DNA of 64,000 nucleotides from Bdellovibrionota bacterium (lineage in GTDB: Bacteria; Bdellovibrionota_C; UBA2361). The stretch covers positions 1 through 64,000 of the forward strand of contig JBILDU010000002.1 in NCBI GenBank assembly GCA_044352465.1, given 5' to 3'. The notes under the pieces were generated by a model. The model did not search any database. It had not been told where the DNA came from and saw only the letters and a program-made list of their open reading frames with translations. This document shows positions 38,372-49,251 of the stretch, in pieces. Position 1 is the first letter of the stretch; every line of letters starts with the position of its first letter. The translations under genes were made by a program, and so were the position numbers.

Positions 38372-38544
38372 TCATTACCTCAGACTGGGGTGGCTTGCGC
38401 CCGTGATGGAGGTGGTGAAGGGGCTATGTAACGTTGCGCTCCTATAGGTTTTCTGGCAAATCAACTTTACGAGCTGCGGTCGAAGAAGGCTTCTGACGGA
38501 CGCTCAAAAGCTGAATAAGCATCAGTCCTTTAATTATAAAAAAT

Positions 38545-39282
38545 ATGATAGAAGTCGAGCATTTAGCCAAAAAATACGGTGACTATACCGCGGTGAGCGA
38601 TGTGTCGTTTACAGCTCAGCGTGGCGATGTGGTCGGCTTTCTCGGTCCCAACGGGGCGGGCAAGACGACATCGATTCGGATGTTGGTGACTTATCTCCCC
38701 GCAACCTCGGGTCGAGCGCGTATTGCGGGTTTCGATGTTGCCTCGGCAGCGGATGAGGTGCGGCGCCGGATCGGGTATCTCCCTGAAACGCCGCCGCTCT
38801 ACGGTGAGATGAAGGTACGTGAGTACCTCCGCTTCGTCGGGCGGATCAAGGGAATAGCTGCGGATCGGCTCGAGAGTAGTGTCGACGATGCGATGGCACG
38901 GTGTTTTGTGAGCGATGTCGCGGACAAGCTGTGCCAACACCTGTCGCGCGGATACCGCCAGCGGGTGGGGCTCGCTCAAGCGATCATTCACAACCCCGAA
39001 GTGATTATCCTCGATGAGCCGACGAGTGGGCTTGACCCGAAGCAGATTATTCAAATTCGGCAGATGATTAAGTCGCTCGCCGAGAATCACACGGTCGTTT
39101 TGAGCACTCATATTCTCGCCGAAGTCACCATGGTCTGCAGCAAAGTTGTCATCGTCAATCGGGGTCGCTCGGTTCTTGAGGGGGCGTTGAGCGAGGTTAC
39201 CGCGACCCATTCCCTCGAGCAGGTGTTTATGGAGTGTGTCAGCGCCGAGGAGCGGGAGCTTGCCGTTGGAGGAGCTGTGTAA
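38545..39282 (+). CDS. ABC transporter ATP-binding protein (GldA-like)
   Basis: GPNGAGKT, LSRGYRQRVG, ILDEPT. Confidence 0.93.
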   Translation: MIEVEHLAKKYGDYTAVSDVSFTAQRGDVVGFLGPNGAGKTTSIRMLVTYLPATSGRARIAGFDVASAADEVRRRIGYLPETPPLYGEMKVREYLRFVGRIKGIAADRLESSVDDAMARCFVSDVADKLCQHLSRGYRQRVGLAQAIIHNPEVIILDEPTSGLDPKQIIQIRQMIKSLAENHTVVLSTHILAEVTMVCSKVVIVNRGRSVLEGALSEVTATHSLEQVFMECVSAEERELAVGGAV

Positions 39283-40058
39283 TGGGTAACGTGATTGCGA
39301 TTTTTAAGCGCGAAGTTTTGTCGCTCTTTGTTTCCCCGGTGGTATATTTCGTGACCGCGGGTTTCGCCCTTCTGGGGGGCTATTTTTTCTTTAACTTGCT
39401 GGGGATTTTTAACCTCATCCTCCAACGCTACTCGGCGATGCCGTTCCAAATGCCCGGAACGAATCTGCCCAACCTCAATCAGTGGGTAATCGAGGGGTTC
39501 TATCAGACGTTACTGGTCGTGCTTGTCTTTCTTATCCCGCTCCTCACGATGCGAACGATCGCTGAAGAGAAGCGCCGCGGTACCTTTGAGCTACTCATTA
39601 CATCGCCGGTGTCGGTTGGTCAGATCGTCTGGGGCAAGTTTCTCGGTGTTGCTTTCGTCGTGATGCTGATGTTGTCACTGACGCTGGTATTTCCGCTGTT
39701 GTTGTGGTGGTACGGCAATCCAGAGGTGCCCCCGATCTTTACCGGTTTCCTCGGACTCTCGGCCTGTGCCCTTGGTTTTGCGAGTATCGGTATGGCTGTC
39801 TCCTCTTTTACGGAGAATCAGATCGTGGCGGGGGTGGCGAGCATGGTGACGTTGCTGCTCCTGTATGTCATCAACTCGCCGGCTGAGTCGATGAGCGGTC
39901 CAGCAGCGGCGGTGTTGAACTATCTCTCGCCGGTGATGCAGGTGCGCGATTTGCTGCGAGGGGTCGTGACCATCGGAAGCTTGACGTATTTCGGGAGTAT
40001 GATCGCGCTCGGTTTGTTTGTGTCGATGCGGGCGCTCGATGCGCAGCGTTGGCGCTAG
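39282..40058 (+). CDS. ABC-2 permease (GldF-like)
   Basis: TAATG overlap with the upstream gene; IPLLTMR.IAEEKR.GT.ELL.TSP; multi-TM. Confidence 0.9.
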   Translation: MGNVIAIFKREVLSLFVSPVVYFVTAGFALLGGYFFFNLLGIFNLILQRYSAMPFQMPGTNLPNLNQWVIEGFYQTLLVVLVFLIPLLTMRTIAEEKRRGTFELLITSPVSVGQIVWGKFLGVAFVVMLMLSLTLVFPLLLWWYGNPEVPPIFTGFLGLSACALGFASIGMAVSSFTENQIVAGVASMVTLLLLYVINSPAESMSGPAAAVLNYLSPVMQVRDLLRGVVTIGSLTYFGSMIALGLFVSMRALDAQRWR

Positions 40059-40221
40059 GGTGTCTGTCTCCGCCGGCCGGCCATGTCGCGCGCCTCTGGG
40101 TTGGGCTGCACGACGTTCTCAAAGCGGCGGCGGCGCGGAGCTCGCACCGACCTCGGCCGCGGCTGATTTTTGAAGTGACGTTACGTCAATAACAAGGTGA
40201 CTCGTTAAGATTGAGCGGCGT

Positions 40222-41844
40222 ATGAGTAAATGGATTCGGTTCTCGGGTATTCTCGGCGGGGTGCTCGTTCTCTTCGGTATCTTGGGTGGTCTCATCGCGG
40301 AGGAATACGATTCCCCCCTGATCGCGGGTCATCTCATTCTCGGAGTGATCTGTTTGGGGGCTTGGCTTTTCGCCTCCGGCACTCGTGGAGTCGCCTCAGC
40401 AGGGGCGGTGCTCAAAGGTCGGTCGGCTCGATTCGGCGCCAATGTCGTGATCTACACCGGTGTATTTGTCGGTGTTCTCGTGGCGCTCAATTGGATTGTG
40501 CACCGACACGATCGCCGGTACGACTTCACCGAAGAGGGGGTCTATAGTCTCGCGCCCCAATCTCGCGACCTCGTGAAGGGATTGCAGCAGTCGCTGAAAA
40601 TCGTCGGATTTCTTGTCGGCGACGATCCTGGTCAGGAGAATCAGTTGCGCGATCTCTTTGCGCGCTTTAAGGAAGCCAACCTTGAGCGCGTGACCACGGA
40701 GGTGGTGGATCCTCGGGCAAAGCCGCACCTCGTTCAGACCTACGGCATGAAGCCGGGTAATGTCGTGTATCTGGAGCTGGGTGATGGTGAAGCGAAGGCA
40801 ACGAGTCGAATTAACGAGTCGTCCGAGGAGGGGATTACGAACGCCATCCTGAAGCTTACCCGGGGAGCGGCGAAGAAACTCTATGTGGTGCAGGGGCACG
40901 GGGAGCCGGATATTACGGCGAACGATCCGACCGGGCTCAAGGGGTTTGCTGATGCGATTGGGGACGAGCATCTGACCTTGGCGGGACTTATTCTTGGGCA
41001 ACACAGCAAGATTCCTGAGGATGCTGCCGGAGTTCTTTTGATTTCGCCCAAGAAGCCGTTACTCGCGGAGGAGCGGCAGCTGCTCATTGACTACGTGGAG
41101 GGTGGGGGCAGGCTGCTGTTAATGGCCGACCCGCGGACCACCGAGGATGTGCGGACGATCGCCGCCCATTTCAAGATCGAAGTCGGTAACGACGTTATCA
41201 TCGATCAGATTCAGCGGTTGTTCGCAGCTCCGGCTCTCGGTGTTCAGCCTATCGTGACGACCTACGCACCTCATCCGCTCACCCGGAACATGTCGGAGCG
41301 TGAGGTCACCGTATTCAATCTGGCGTCCTCAATTCGTTCGGTCGGCACGAGTGATGCCACGACAACGTGGACCGATCTTGCAAAGACCGGTCTCACGGCG
41401 TGGGCGGAGAGAAACTTAGAGCAGCTATTTGACGCTCCGGAAGCAGCGGCGGTGCGCGATCCTGAGGACCTCGTAGGGCCAGTAACTATCGCAGCGGCGT
41501 ATGAGCGTAAGCTCGACGGGGAGAAGCCCGCAAATGAGGGGGGTGAAGCCGGCGGAGATGATTTCCGTAAAGTTGCCCGCGTTGTTGTTTTCGGGGATTC
41601 CGACTGGATCCTGAATGCGAATCTGGCGGTATATTCGAATCGTGATTTTGCCCTGAACGCCGTCAACTGGCTCGTCGGCGAGGAGGGGGGCGTGACGATT
41701 CGTCCGCGACAGATGCGTGTCTCTCTTGCGCCGATGTCACAAGAGACTTTCGTGTGGCTATTGATTTCGAGCTTCCTCGTTCCTGAGCTCATTTTGCTTG
41801 TGGGCCTGGCAGTGTGGTGGCGGCGTAAGTCGGTTGCCGCCTAG
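40222..41844 (+). CDS. GldG-like ABC auxiliary component
   Basis: D.T....YSL.PQS, GHGE, VVFGDSD..N..N.DF.LN.VNWL, C-terminal TM plus WWRRK. Confidence 0.88.
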   Translation: MSKWIRFSGILGGVLVLFGILGGLIAEEYDSPLIAGHLILGVICLGAWLFASGTRGVASAGAVLKGRSARFGANVVIYTGVFVGVLVALNWIVHRHDRRYDFTEEGVYSLAPQSRDLVKGLQQSLKIVGFLVGDDPGQENQLRDLFARFKEANLERVTTEVVDPRAKPHLVQTYGMKPGNVVYLELGDGEAKATSRINESSEEGITNAILKLTRGAAKKLYVVQGHGEPDITANDPTGLKGFADAIGDEHLTLAGLILGQHSKIPEDAAGVLLISPKKPLLAEERQLLIDYVEGGGRLLLMADPRTTEDVRTIAAHFKIEVGNDVIIDQIQRLFAAPALGVQPIVTTYAPHPLTRNMSEREVTVFNLASSIRSVGTSDATTTWTDLAKTGLTAWAERNLEQLFDAPEAAAVRDPEDLVGPVTIAAAYERKLDGEKPANEGGEAGGDDFRKVARVVVFGDSDWILNANLAVYSNRDFALNAVNWLVGEEGGVTIRPRQMRVSLAPMSQETFVWLLISSFLVPELILLVGLAVWWRRKSVAA

Positions 41845-41882
41845 CTCCCCCGGGGACGCTCTCTTTTCGGAGGTATCACCGT

Positions 41883-43349
41883 ATGAATCTGCGAAAAACG
41901 CTCGGTATTGCTCTCCTCCTGGGAGGTCTCGTCGCATACATCCGGTTCTTTGAATTGCCCCGCGAAGAGGCGCGATTAACAGCTGACCAGCCTTATCGAG
42001 GGGTTTCACCGCAAGAATTCTCGGCGTTAACGGTTCGCAGAGGGGCCGAGACCTTTCGTTTTATTAATTCCGACGTCGTGACAAAAGGGGCGGCGGCCCC
42101 GACCCCTGATCCCGTGACGCTCGCTTCGGTCGATCGCTCGAAGAGCTGGCGTCTCGCCGATGTTGGCGCTGGCGGGCTTGATAAGGGAGCAATTAATTCA
42201 CTCCTCACCGCGCTGGTTAGCTTTACTCTCGGCAAGCCGCTTGCGCGCGCCGAGCTAGCGAGCGATCCGAGCGTCTATGGATTGAAAGAGCCGGTGGTTT
42301 CCTTGATGGTGACGCGTGGGGAAGAGACGCGGGAGATCCGTTTCGGGGCTCTTAATGAGTATGTGTCGAAGCGTTACGTGGCGAGCGGGGATGAGGTGTA
42401 CCTGATTGCGGACGGGTTGTTCACTGCGGTCGATAAGGCGCGCGATCAGTTTCGCAATCGCAATCCGATTGATTTTGCTGACAGTGAGTTGGCGGCGGTG
42501 AAACTGAAGAGCGGTAGCACGACGTTGAGTTTTGTGAGCGATGATTCTTTTCGGTGGCGGATGACCGAGCCGGTCGCCTTTAAGGTCAGCGATACCGCGA
42601 TGGCGAATCTGGGGCGAGCGCTACGGAATATTCGTGTAGCCGACTTTGTTGATGACGTGGGAGAACTCGGGCAATACGGGCTTGCGGTGCCGAAGTTGTC
42701 GGTCGAGCTTCAATTTCGTCAGGAGGTCCGGCCCGAGCCTTTAAGTATTGATATCGGAGTGGTGCCAGCCGGGAAGGCAGAGGATGTGTTCCTGCGGATC
42801 GCCAACGCCGCTGCCGTGATGCGCCTCCCCTCTGATCCAACCGATGCCATTCTCAAGCGACCGGAAGATTTCCGTGATCGGTCGATCTTTAACGTCGCAG
42901 TTGATCGTGTTGAAGGGGTGACGATTGAACGCCCGAATTTAGAGACCTTGAAGCTGGAGCGGCGCGGGGAGGAATGGACAGTCAACGGTGCCCCCGGGGA
43001 TCGGCCGTTCATCGAGCAGGTGGTACGCACTCTTGCGACCCTTGAGGCTGAATCGTTCGCTCGGACTGGTGTGGTGACGGGGGTCGAAAAGCCAACGGCG
43101 CGGATATCGGTCACGGTCCGAGGCCCGGAGCCTGAAGCGCCGGTAACGTCTCGCGTCCTTGTCGTCGGCAGTCGTGTCATGGACGGTGAGAGTGAAACGG
43201 GTTACTATGGCCAGGTGAGCGACGGTAAAGAGACGTTCATCATCGGGGCGAAAGACTTTAAGCTACTCCTCCCGTTGAAAGAGTCGCTTGTGAAGATGAG
43301 CGCCGAAGCCGGGGAGGCGTCTCCCGATACGACCCCAGTGGGGGAGTGA
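41883..43349 (+). CDS. DUF4340-like repeat protein
   Basis: N-terminal anchor and three repeats with W..., YGL..P and FR.R motifs; follows the GldG-like gene. Confidence 0.8.
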   Translation: MNLRKTLGIALLLGGLVAYIRFFELPREEARLTADQPYRGVSPQEFSALTVRRGAETFRFINSDVVTKGAAAPTPDPVTLASVDRSKSWRLADVGAGGLDKGAINSLLTALVSFTLGKPLARAELASDPSVYGLKEPVVSLMVTRGEETREIRFGALNEYVSKRYVASGDEVYLIADGLFTAVDKARDQFRNRNPIDFADSELAAVKLKSGSTTLSFVSDDSFRWRMTEPVAFKVSDTAMANLGRALRNIRVADFVDDVGELGQYGLAVPKLSVELQFRQEVRPEPLSIDIGVVPAGKAEDVFLRIANAAAVMRLPSDPTDAILKRPEDFRDRSIFNVAVDRVEGVTIERPNLETLKLERRGEEWTVNGAPGDRPFIEQVVRTLATLEAESFARTGVVTGVEKPTARISVTVRGPEPEAPVTSRVLVVGSRVMDGESETGYYGQVSDGKETFIIGAKDFKLLLPLKESLVKMSAEAGEASPDTTPVGE

Positions 43350-43483
43350 TTTCATACCCAAAGAGGCTCTCGCAGTCGTTGAGCGTGAACTACTTTTCCC
43401 GGAGCAAGCAGGCTTTCGGGGACAAGGGGGCTTGCGGTGATCGACGGGGCTCGGTTTGAGTCACCCCGATCTGTCGGAGGGCG

Positions 43484-45934
43484 ATGTTTAAGAAGCTACT
43501 GGTCATTGGGTTCGTTCTCGCGCTACTCGCCGGAATAGGCGGAGCTGCGTTCGTTGCGTGGGGGTACTTCTATATTACCCGCGATCTCCCGCAGCTCTCG
43601 ACGATAGAGGACTACCGTCCCCCGGTGGTCAGTACGATGTTCGCGGCCGATGGTACCCCTATCGCGGAATTTTTTACGGAACGTCGCTATCCGGCAAAGC
43701 TTCCTGAAGTGCCGCTCTACGTCCGCAACGCATTTCTGGCGGCTGAAGATGCTTCGTTCTACAGCCACGCTGGCATTGACCCGGTCAGTATCCTCCGGGC
43801 GTTTGTAAAGAACCTCCAGGCGGGATCAGCCAGCCAGGGGGGCTCGACCATCACCCAACAAGTCGTCAAAAATCTCCTCCTCACCCCGGAGAAGAAGATC
43901 ACCCGAAAGATCAAAGAAGCGATTTTATCGTATCAGCTCGAGAGGCGGTTTTCTAAAGATGAGATTTTTGAGCTGTATCTCAACCAGATATTTTTTGGGA
44001 ATACAGCGTACGGTCTCAAAGCAGCAGCGCGGGTATATTTTCAGAAGTCACTCGATCAGCTCACTCTGGCGGAGGGCGCGATGTTGGCGGGGCTCCCCAA
44101 AGCCCCGAGTAAATATTCCCCGCTCTCGAATATGCCTCGGGCGAAACGCCGTCAGAAATACGTTCTCGATCAGATGGTGAAGGCGGGCTTTGTGACCGCG
44201 GAGGCTGCCGAGGCGGCGAATCGGGAGAAGATCCGAGTTTTCCCGGCGAGTTTCAATAATATTAGTCGAGCCCCGTATTATGTCGCTGAGGCGCGGCGAT
44301 TATTTTTAGAGCGGTGGCGCGATATCAACATCGATGCGGATGGAGTTCAGATTCATACGGCACTCGATCTGAACGCGGATCGGTTCTTGACCATCGCCGT
44401 GCGTCGGGGACTACGCGAGGTCGATAAACGTCGGGGATGGCGTGGGCCTCTCGCCTCGATTGAGAACGCCGATCGGACCATTTTTCTCGAGCGTTTCGGT
44501 AATGCATTGCAGAGTGGCTTTACCCCTGAGGTGGTCTATCCTGCGCTGGTGACGGCGGTGTCGCGTGAGCGCAAGAACGTTGCCGTTGATCTGGGTGGCG
44601 CAACGGCAACGGTTGATCTGCGGGAGGCCGCGTGGGCGAAGAAGCGGTTGGCGAAAGACGATAAAGTTTCCTGGATCAACCTCGAAGATACGCTGCGGGT
44701 CGGCGATGTGATCGAGGTATCGCTTCGCGACGAGAGTAATAATGCGAAAAAGGATGAGGGAGCAGGGCCACCGACGCAGCTCAAAGACGTGTTCCTCGAC
44801 CAGACGCCCGATCTGGAGGGGGCGATGGTGCTCCTTGATCCGCATTCCGGTAAGGTTACGGCGCTTGTCGGCGGGTACAGCTACGGACGGAGTCAGTTCA
44901 ATCGAGCAACGCAGTCGTTGCGCCAACCTGGTTCGACCTTCAAGCCGGTGTTGTATCTGGCGGCGGTTGATGGCTATCAGTATACCCCGTCAACGATCGT
45001 TCATGACGCGCCGCGGACCTTCCGCGTAGGGGACGAGTATTGGACCCCGGCGAATTTTGACGAGAAGTTCCTCGGTGCGATCTCGTTGCGGATCGCTCTC
45101 GAGAAGTCGAGGAATTTAGTCTCGGCTGATATCGTATCTCGAATCGGGATCGACGCGGTCATTCAGTACGCGAAGCGTTTGGGAATTACAAGTAAGCTGG
45201 GGCGGAATCTGTCGTTGTCGCTCGGCAGTAGTGAGGTATCGCTCCTCGAGCTGACCCGCGCGTATGGTGTTTTTGCCGCCAAGGGGGTGTTGTTCGACTC
45301 AGTGTTCATCACCCGTGTGGTTGACCGCACCGGGCGGGTGCTCTTCGATGCGGAGAGTGAGTCGCTTGCGCGGGCCCAGCAGGCGATCGATCCAAACAGT
45401 GCGTTTGTGATGTCACACATGATGAAGGGAGTCATCGAATTTGGTACGGGGTATCGTATCAAAGAGATTCTGCGTCCGGTGGCGGGTAAGACTGGGACCT
45501 CGAACGATCAGATGGATACATGGTTTATCGGTTACACACCGCAGTGGGCGGCCGGGGTTTGGGTGGGATTCGACGCGAAAAAGGAGATCGGTGACAAAGA
45601 GACCGGTGGACGGGTCGCGGCCCCGATCTGGCTCTACGCGATGCGGGAATTTCTCAATTACGAAGATAAGCGCAATTATGCTCAATTAGTAGAGGAGGCA
45701 AAAAGCGAGGCGGCGCGACTCGGTATCGAGTACGTTGCGCCGGAGCCGCTTACCCCCCTTGATTTTAGTCCTCCGGAGGGGGTTGACCCGTACTGGGTCA
45801 ATCACGATTCCGGCATCAGGATGGAGGCCGATCAGCCGGGGGCTTTTCTCGAATATTTTGTTCGTGGAACCGAGCCACCCAAAGCCAGTGGGGATTCCGA
45901 TACGAGCTCCTATTTAGAGTCGCCTGATTTATAG
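43484..45934 (+). CDS. mrcA: Class A penicillin-binding protein 1A
   Basis: EDxxFYxHxG, GGSTITQQ, RK..E; SxxK (GSTFK), SRN, KTG. Confidence 0.95.
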   Translation: MFKKLLVIGFVLALLAGIGGAAFVAWGYFYITRDLPQLSTIEDYRPPVVSTMFAADGTPIAEFFTERRYPAKLPEVPLYVRNAFLAAEDASFYSHAGIDPVSILRAFVKNLQAGSASQGGSTITQQVVKNLLLTPEKKITRKIKEAILSYQLERRFSKDEIFELYLNQIFFGNTAYGLKAAARVYFQKSLDQLTLAEGAMLAGLPKAPSKYSPLSNMPRAKRRQKYVLDQMVKAGFVTAEAAEAANREKIRVFPASFNNISRAPYYVAEARRLFLERWRDINIDADGVQIHTALDLNADRFLTIAVRRGLREVDKRRGWRGPLASIENADRTIFLERFGNALQSGFTPEVVYPALVTAVSRERKNVAVDLGGATATVDLREAAWAKKRLAKDDKVSWINLEDTLRVGDVIEVSLRDESNNAKKDEGAGPPTQLKDVFLDQTPDLEGAMVLLDPHSGKVTALVGGYSYGRSQFNRATQSLRQPGSTFKPVLYLAAVDGYQYTPSTIVHDAPRTFRVGDEYWTPANFDEKFLGAISLRIALEKSRNLVSADIVSRIGIDAVIQYAKRLGITSKLGRNLSLSLGSSEVSLLELTRAYGVFAAKGVLFDSVFITRVVDRTGRVLFDAESESLARAQQAIDPNSAFVMSHMMKGVIEFGTGYRIKEILRPVAGKTGTSNDQMDTWFIGYTPQWAAGVWVGFDAKKEIGDKETGGRVAAPIWLYAMREFLNYEDKRNYAQLVEEAKSEAARLGIEYVAPEPLTPLDFSPPEGVDPYWVNHDSGIRMEADQPGAFLEYFVRGTEPPKASGDSDTSSYLESPDL

Positions 45935-45945
45935 CTCTGGGCGGA

Positions 45946-45991
45946 GTCTCGCCTGCATTGCCCAGCTAAGGATGGCTAATGCAGGCGAGAC
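45946..45991. terminator. 14-bp perfect stem-loop between convergent genes
   Basis: GTCTCGCCTGCATT ... AATGCAGGCGAGAC; no U-tract. Confidence 0.5.
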
Positions 45992-46198
45992 GATCGGAAA
46001 GTTTTTTCACCCGAGAATTTGTATCGTCGGGCTCGAGAGTATGGCGCCCTGTCGTGGGCACCTCATCGTACGCTGAATAGGTTCCGACTGTGGATGCTGT
46101 TGGGAAGCTCCGCGAGTGGAATCGTGCATGCGCTGCAGTCGGCGCGCACGCTATCCTGGCGAGCCTCGGCGAATCGTGGTGACCTCTTGGGCGCTGCT

Positions 46199-46846
46199 CT
46201 ACCGAGTGTTCCCGCGCACGTACACGACGACATCTTCGATGACATCGCCCCGTTCGATCGCGTTGACGACGTCCTGACCTTGAACAATCTTTCCGAATAT
46301 CGTGTAGGAGCCGTTCATGTGGGGCGAGTCTCCGATGACGATGTGAAACTGACTCCCGTTCGATTCACGGCCAGGATTCATATCGTCGGGGAGTCGGGCC
46401 ATGCCGAGGGTTCCGACCTCGTGGTGGCGTGAATTGAACTCGGCCGGCAGGGTGTATCCCGGTCCCCCAGTCGGGTTACCGATCGGTCCCCCCCCTTGAA
46501 TGACGTATCCGGGGTATATGAGGTGAAACGTCGTTCCACGGTAAAATCCTTTATCGGCGAGGTGCTTGAAGTTTGCGACATGCCATGGCGCATCTGCGGG
46601 GAAAAGTTCGAAGATGATTCGACCTTTCTTCGTCACGATAGCGCCGCTTTTAATCTTGAGAAGCTCGCTCCGCGGAGGGAGCTTAAATGGCGGGTCCGCC
46701 TCCGCATATCCAGGTACCTCGAGCAGGAGGAGGGTGAGGATAAGGATCAGGATAAATGCCGTAACACCGCCTCCGCGGCGACCGTGAGTGGTTCTGAGGG
46801 ACGGTCTTTTCATGGACTCCGGTTGCAAGTTGGATGGCTCAATCAT
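46199..46846 (-). CDS. Exported cyclophilin-type PPIase homolog with an altered active site
   Basis: G.I.FELF..AP..V.NF..L...GFY.G..FH, IQGG.P, GSQF, YTIFG; FHL replaces FHR. Confidence 0.88.
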   Translation of the reverse strand: MIEPSNLQPESMKRPSLRTTHGRRGGGVTAFILILILTLLLLEVPGYAEADPPFKLPPRSELLKIKSGAIVTKKGRIIFELFPADAPWHVANFKHLADKGFYRGTTFHLIYPGYVIQGGGPIGNPTGGPGYTLPAEFNSRHHEVGTLGMARLPDDMNPGRESNGSQFHIVIGDSPHMNGSYTIFGKIVQGQDVVNAIERGDVIEDVVVYVRGNTR

Positions 46847-47094
46847 CCTTATCCTAAAGCACGGCTTACCGTGTGGTCGAGTGCAACCGTTGGAGACTCC
46901 CCCTCTTAAAGGTGGGGTAATTTGAGTGCAGGTCGCGCTCTCCCGCTGTAGGTGTTTGTTTTTACTGCATTTTTAGTGTGTGGTGGCTTTAGAAAGAGGA
47001 GTCGCGGTCGATTCTCTCCAACCGTTGGCCCCTTCGGTTCTACCCTTATGCTTTTGGATTCGTTGGGTTATCATGCGGTCCTGGCAAATTTTTT

Positions 47095-49251
47095 TTGATC
47101 GCTCAGGTGTTTACCCCCCGTTTCTTGCGGTTCTTCCTCTGCCTCGCCCTCGCGCTAATCTCAGCGCCGCGTGAGCATCTCCTCGCGCAGGAACGGGCGC
47201 TTAAAACCGACATTAAAGAGAAGGTCGACGCTATACTGTTACTCGATGGGTCGGGGAGTATGCGGGTTACCGATCCGGGCAGACTTCGGGACGAGGGCGC
47301 AAAGCTTTTTCTCGAGTTTTTAAAGCCGGGTGATCGGGTCGGGATCATCGAATTCTCGGGTGATGCGAAGGTCGTCCGACCGCTTGAGCCGTTTGCGCGC
47401 GAGCAAGTGTCAGCGGTGGCCCGCGAGGTCGATGCTGTCGGAAATTCAGGCGAGTATACCGATATCGTCGCCGGATTGCGTCTAGCGAAGAGTGTTCTCG
47501 AAGCGAATCCCCGCAGCGACGCAAATCAGGTGGTGGTTCTACTTTCCGATGGAAAGCTTGATCCTAATCCGGCGGCCGGCTCGGCGGTGAGTGCGCGCCA
47601 GGGGTTAGTTGAGGAGCTTTTGCCTGCGCTGAGAGAGTCTGGTCTGAAGGTTCATACACTGGCTTTTGGGGATCTCGTTGACCGGGAACTCCTTGAGAAG
47701 ATCGCGGCCGATACGAGTGGGTCGAGTTGGTATACGCCGAGCGCTTCAAAGATTCATGAGTCGTACGCAGAGCTCTTTCTTGTGGTGAAGAGCCCGCAGG
47801 TTCTCCCGCTGACGACGAAGGGGTTTAAGATCGATGCGGGTATCGACGAGGCGACGTTCTACATTAATCGTGAGGCGGCGGATGCCCCGATTTCGATTCG
47901 CAGCCCCGATGGAACGATTATAACGCCCGAAAATCCCCCGCCCTCGGTGCGGTGGTTTCAGGGGCAAAAGTTCGATGTCGTGACGGTCTTACAACCCCGA
48001 CTCGGAGATTGGCGAATTAACGGACTCCCCTCGAACGATAGTTTTGCCACCGTCCTCACGAACTTAAAGCTGATCACCGATTGGCCAACATCTTCGAGCC
48101 TTGGTGCCCCGCTCCTCGTCCAGGCGCGGCTCTATGAAAATGAAAAGCCGGTCGTGTTGCGCGAGATGGCCGGGGCAACGAAGTACGCCTTCGAAATTAC
48201 CCCGTCGGATAAGATCTCCGAGCCGATTATACGGGAGTTTTTGTTTGATGACGGTACGCACGGCGACAAAGTTGCGGATGACGGTATCTTCTCTCATGAG
48301 GTTGAGATCGCCGAGGTCGGCGAGTATCGCCTCAAAGTGATCGCTCGAGCGCCGACCTTTGAGCGAAGTCAGCAGGTGCCGTTTAAGATAAAACCTCGAA
48401 TCGTCGAGCTCGTTGTCCAGCCTGCAGATGAGCACGGTGGAGACGCTGCGGCTGGTGCGCATGGTTCTCAAGGTGATGGCCATGGTGGTGAGGAGTCTTT
48501 GGGCGGGTCGGGTGATGTCTTCTCGATTACCCTCAGCCCTGATGCGGAGGTCTTACGGCGGATCGATGTAAAGCTTGTCGCGGTGAATGCGCAGAAGAAG
48601 CGCTTCGTTATCCCGCTCGAAAAACACGGTGAAGGGTTTCGGGGCTTTTCCTCCTTTCTCCCCGGAGCGGGTGAATATCAGCTGAAAGCAACTTTGACCG
48701 GTGAGGGGCGTCGGGCCGGTAAGCTCAAAGACGGTGGAGGAACGCCTCTTACGATTCGGGAAGAGAGCGCAGTGGTTACGTACCATAAAGTGGCGCGACC
48801 AGGCGAAGAGTCGGCGCTCCAAGTGGTTGTCGTTAACAAAGAGAAGGTCGAATCACCCACGCCTTATTACGTTTTGATAGTCGGGCTTAATCTCGTGCTC
48901 GGTGGGGTTTTCTTCGCGCTGCTCGGCCGCGGTTCGGCCGCTTCCCGGGAACCGCTGCCTGAGTTCGCTTCAATCCAGCCGCTCAAAGCGCTCCTTCAGT
49001 TATTGGAGGAGCGTGCCCAGTTGATCGAGGTGGATCCGAATGATCCTTTGTTTGTTGGTGATGAAGCTCTACCGGAGTTTGCCATCGGGGGGAGCGCGCT
49101 TTTAGCAACGGTTGATACTACCCCTGGAAGCGCGTCGGGTGAGTCGACAACCGGAGTGGTTGCAGCCTCGTCCGGAGAAGCCAGCGGGGAGCCGGGGGGC
49201 GGATCAGCTGAGTCCCAAGGTGAGGCGCCGAAGCCGGCGGAGGGAGCATGA
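47095..49251 (+). CDS. Exported vWA (MIDAS) domain protein with C-terminal TM anchor (TIGR03503-like middle region)
   Basis: DGSGS and LLSDG; FKID..IDE.TF..PDG..W..DVV; DDGTHGD..ADDGIF; TM near the C-terminus. Confidence 0.8.
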   Translation: MIAQVFTPRFLRFFLCLALALISAPREHLLAQERALKTDIKEKVDAILLLDGSGSMRVTDPGRLRDEGAKLFLEFLKPGDRVGIIEFSGDAKVVRPLEPFAREQVSAVAREVDAVGNSGEYTDIVAGLRLAKSVLEANPRSDANQVVVLLSDGKLDPNPAAGSAVSARQGLVEELLPALRESGLKVHTLAFGDLVDRELLEKIAADTSGSSWYTPSASKIHESYAELFLVVKSPQVLPLTTKGFKIDAGIDEATFYINREAADAPISIRSPDGTIITPENPPPSVRWFQGQKFDVVTVLQPRLGDWRINGLPSNDSFATVLTNLKLITDWPTSSSLGAPLLVQARLYENEKPVVLREMAGATKYAFEITPSDKISEPIIREFLFDDGTHGDKVADDGIFSHEVEIAEVGEYRLKVIARAPTFERSQQVPFKIKPRIVELVVQPADEHGGDAAAGAHGSQGDGHGGEESLGGSGDVFSITLSPDAEVLRRIDVKLVAVNAQKKRFVIPLEKHGEGFRGFSSFLPGAGEYQLKATLTGEGRRAGKLKDGGGTPLTIREESAVVTYHKVARPGEESALQVVVVNKEKVESPTPYYVLIVGLNLVLGGVFFALLGRGSAASREPLPEFASIQPLKALLQLLEERAQLIEVDPNDPLFVGDEALPEFAIGGSALLATVDTTPGSASGESTTGVVAASSGEASGEPGGGSAESQGEAPKPAEGA

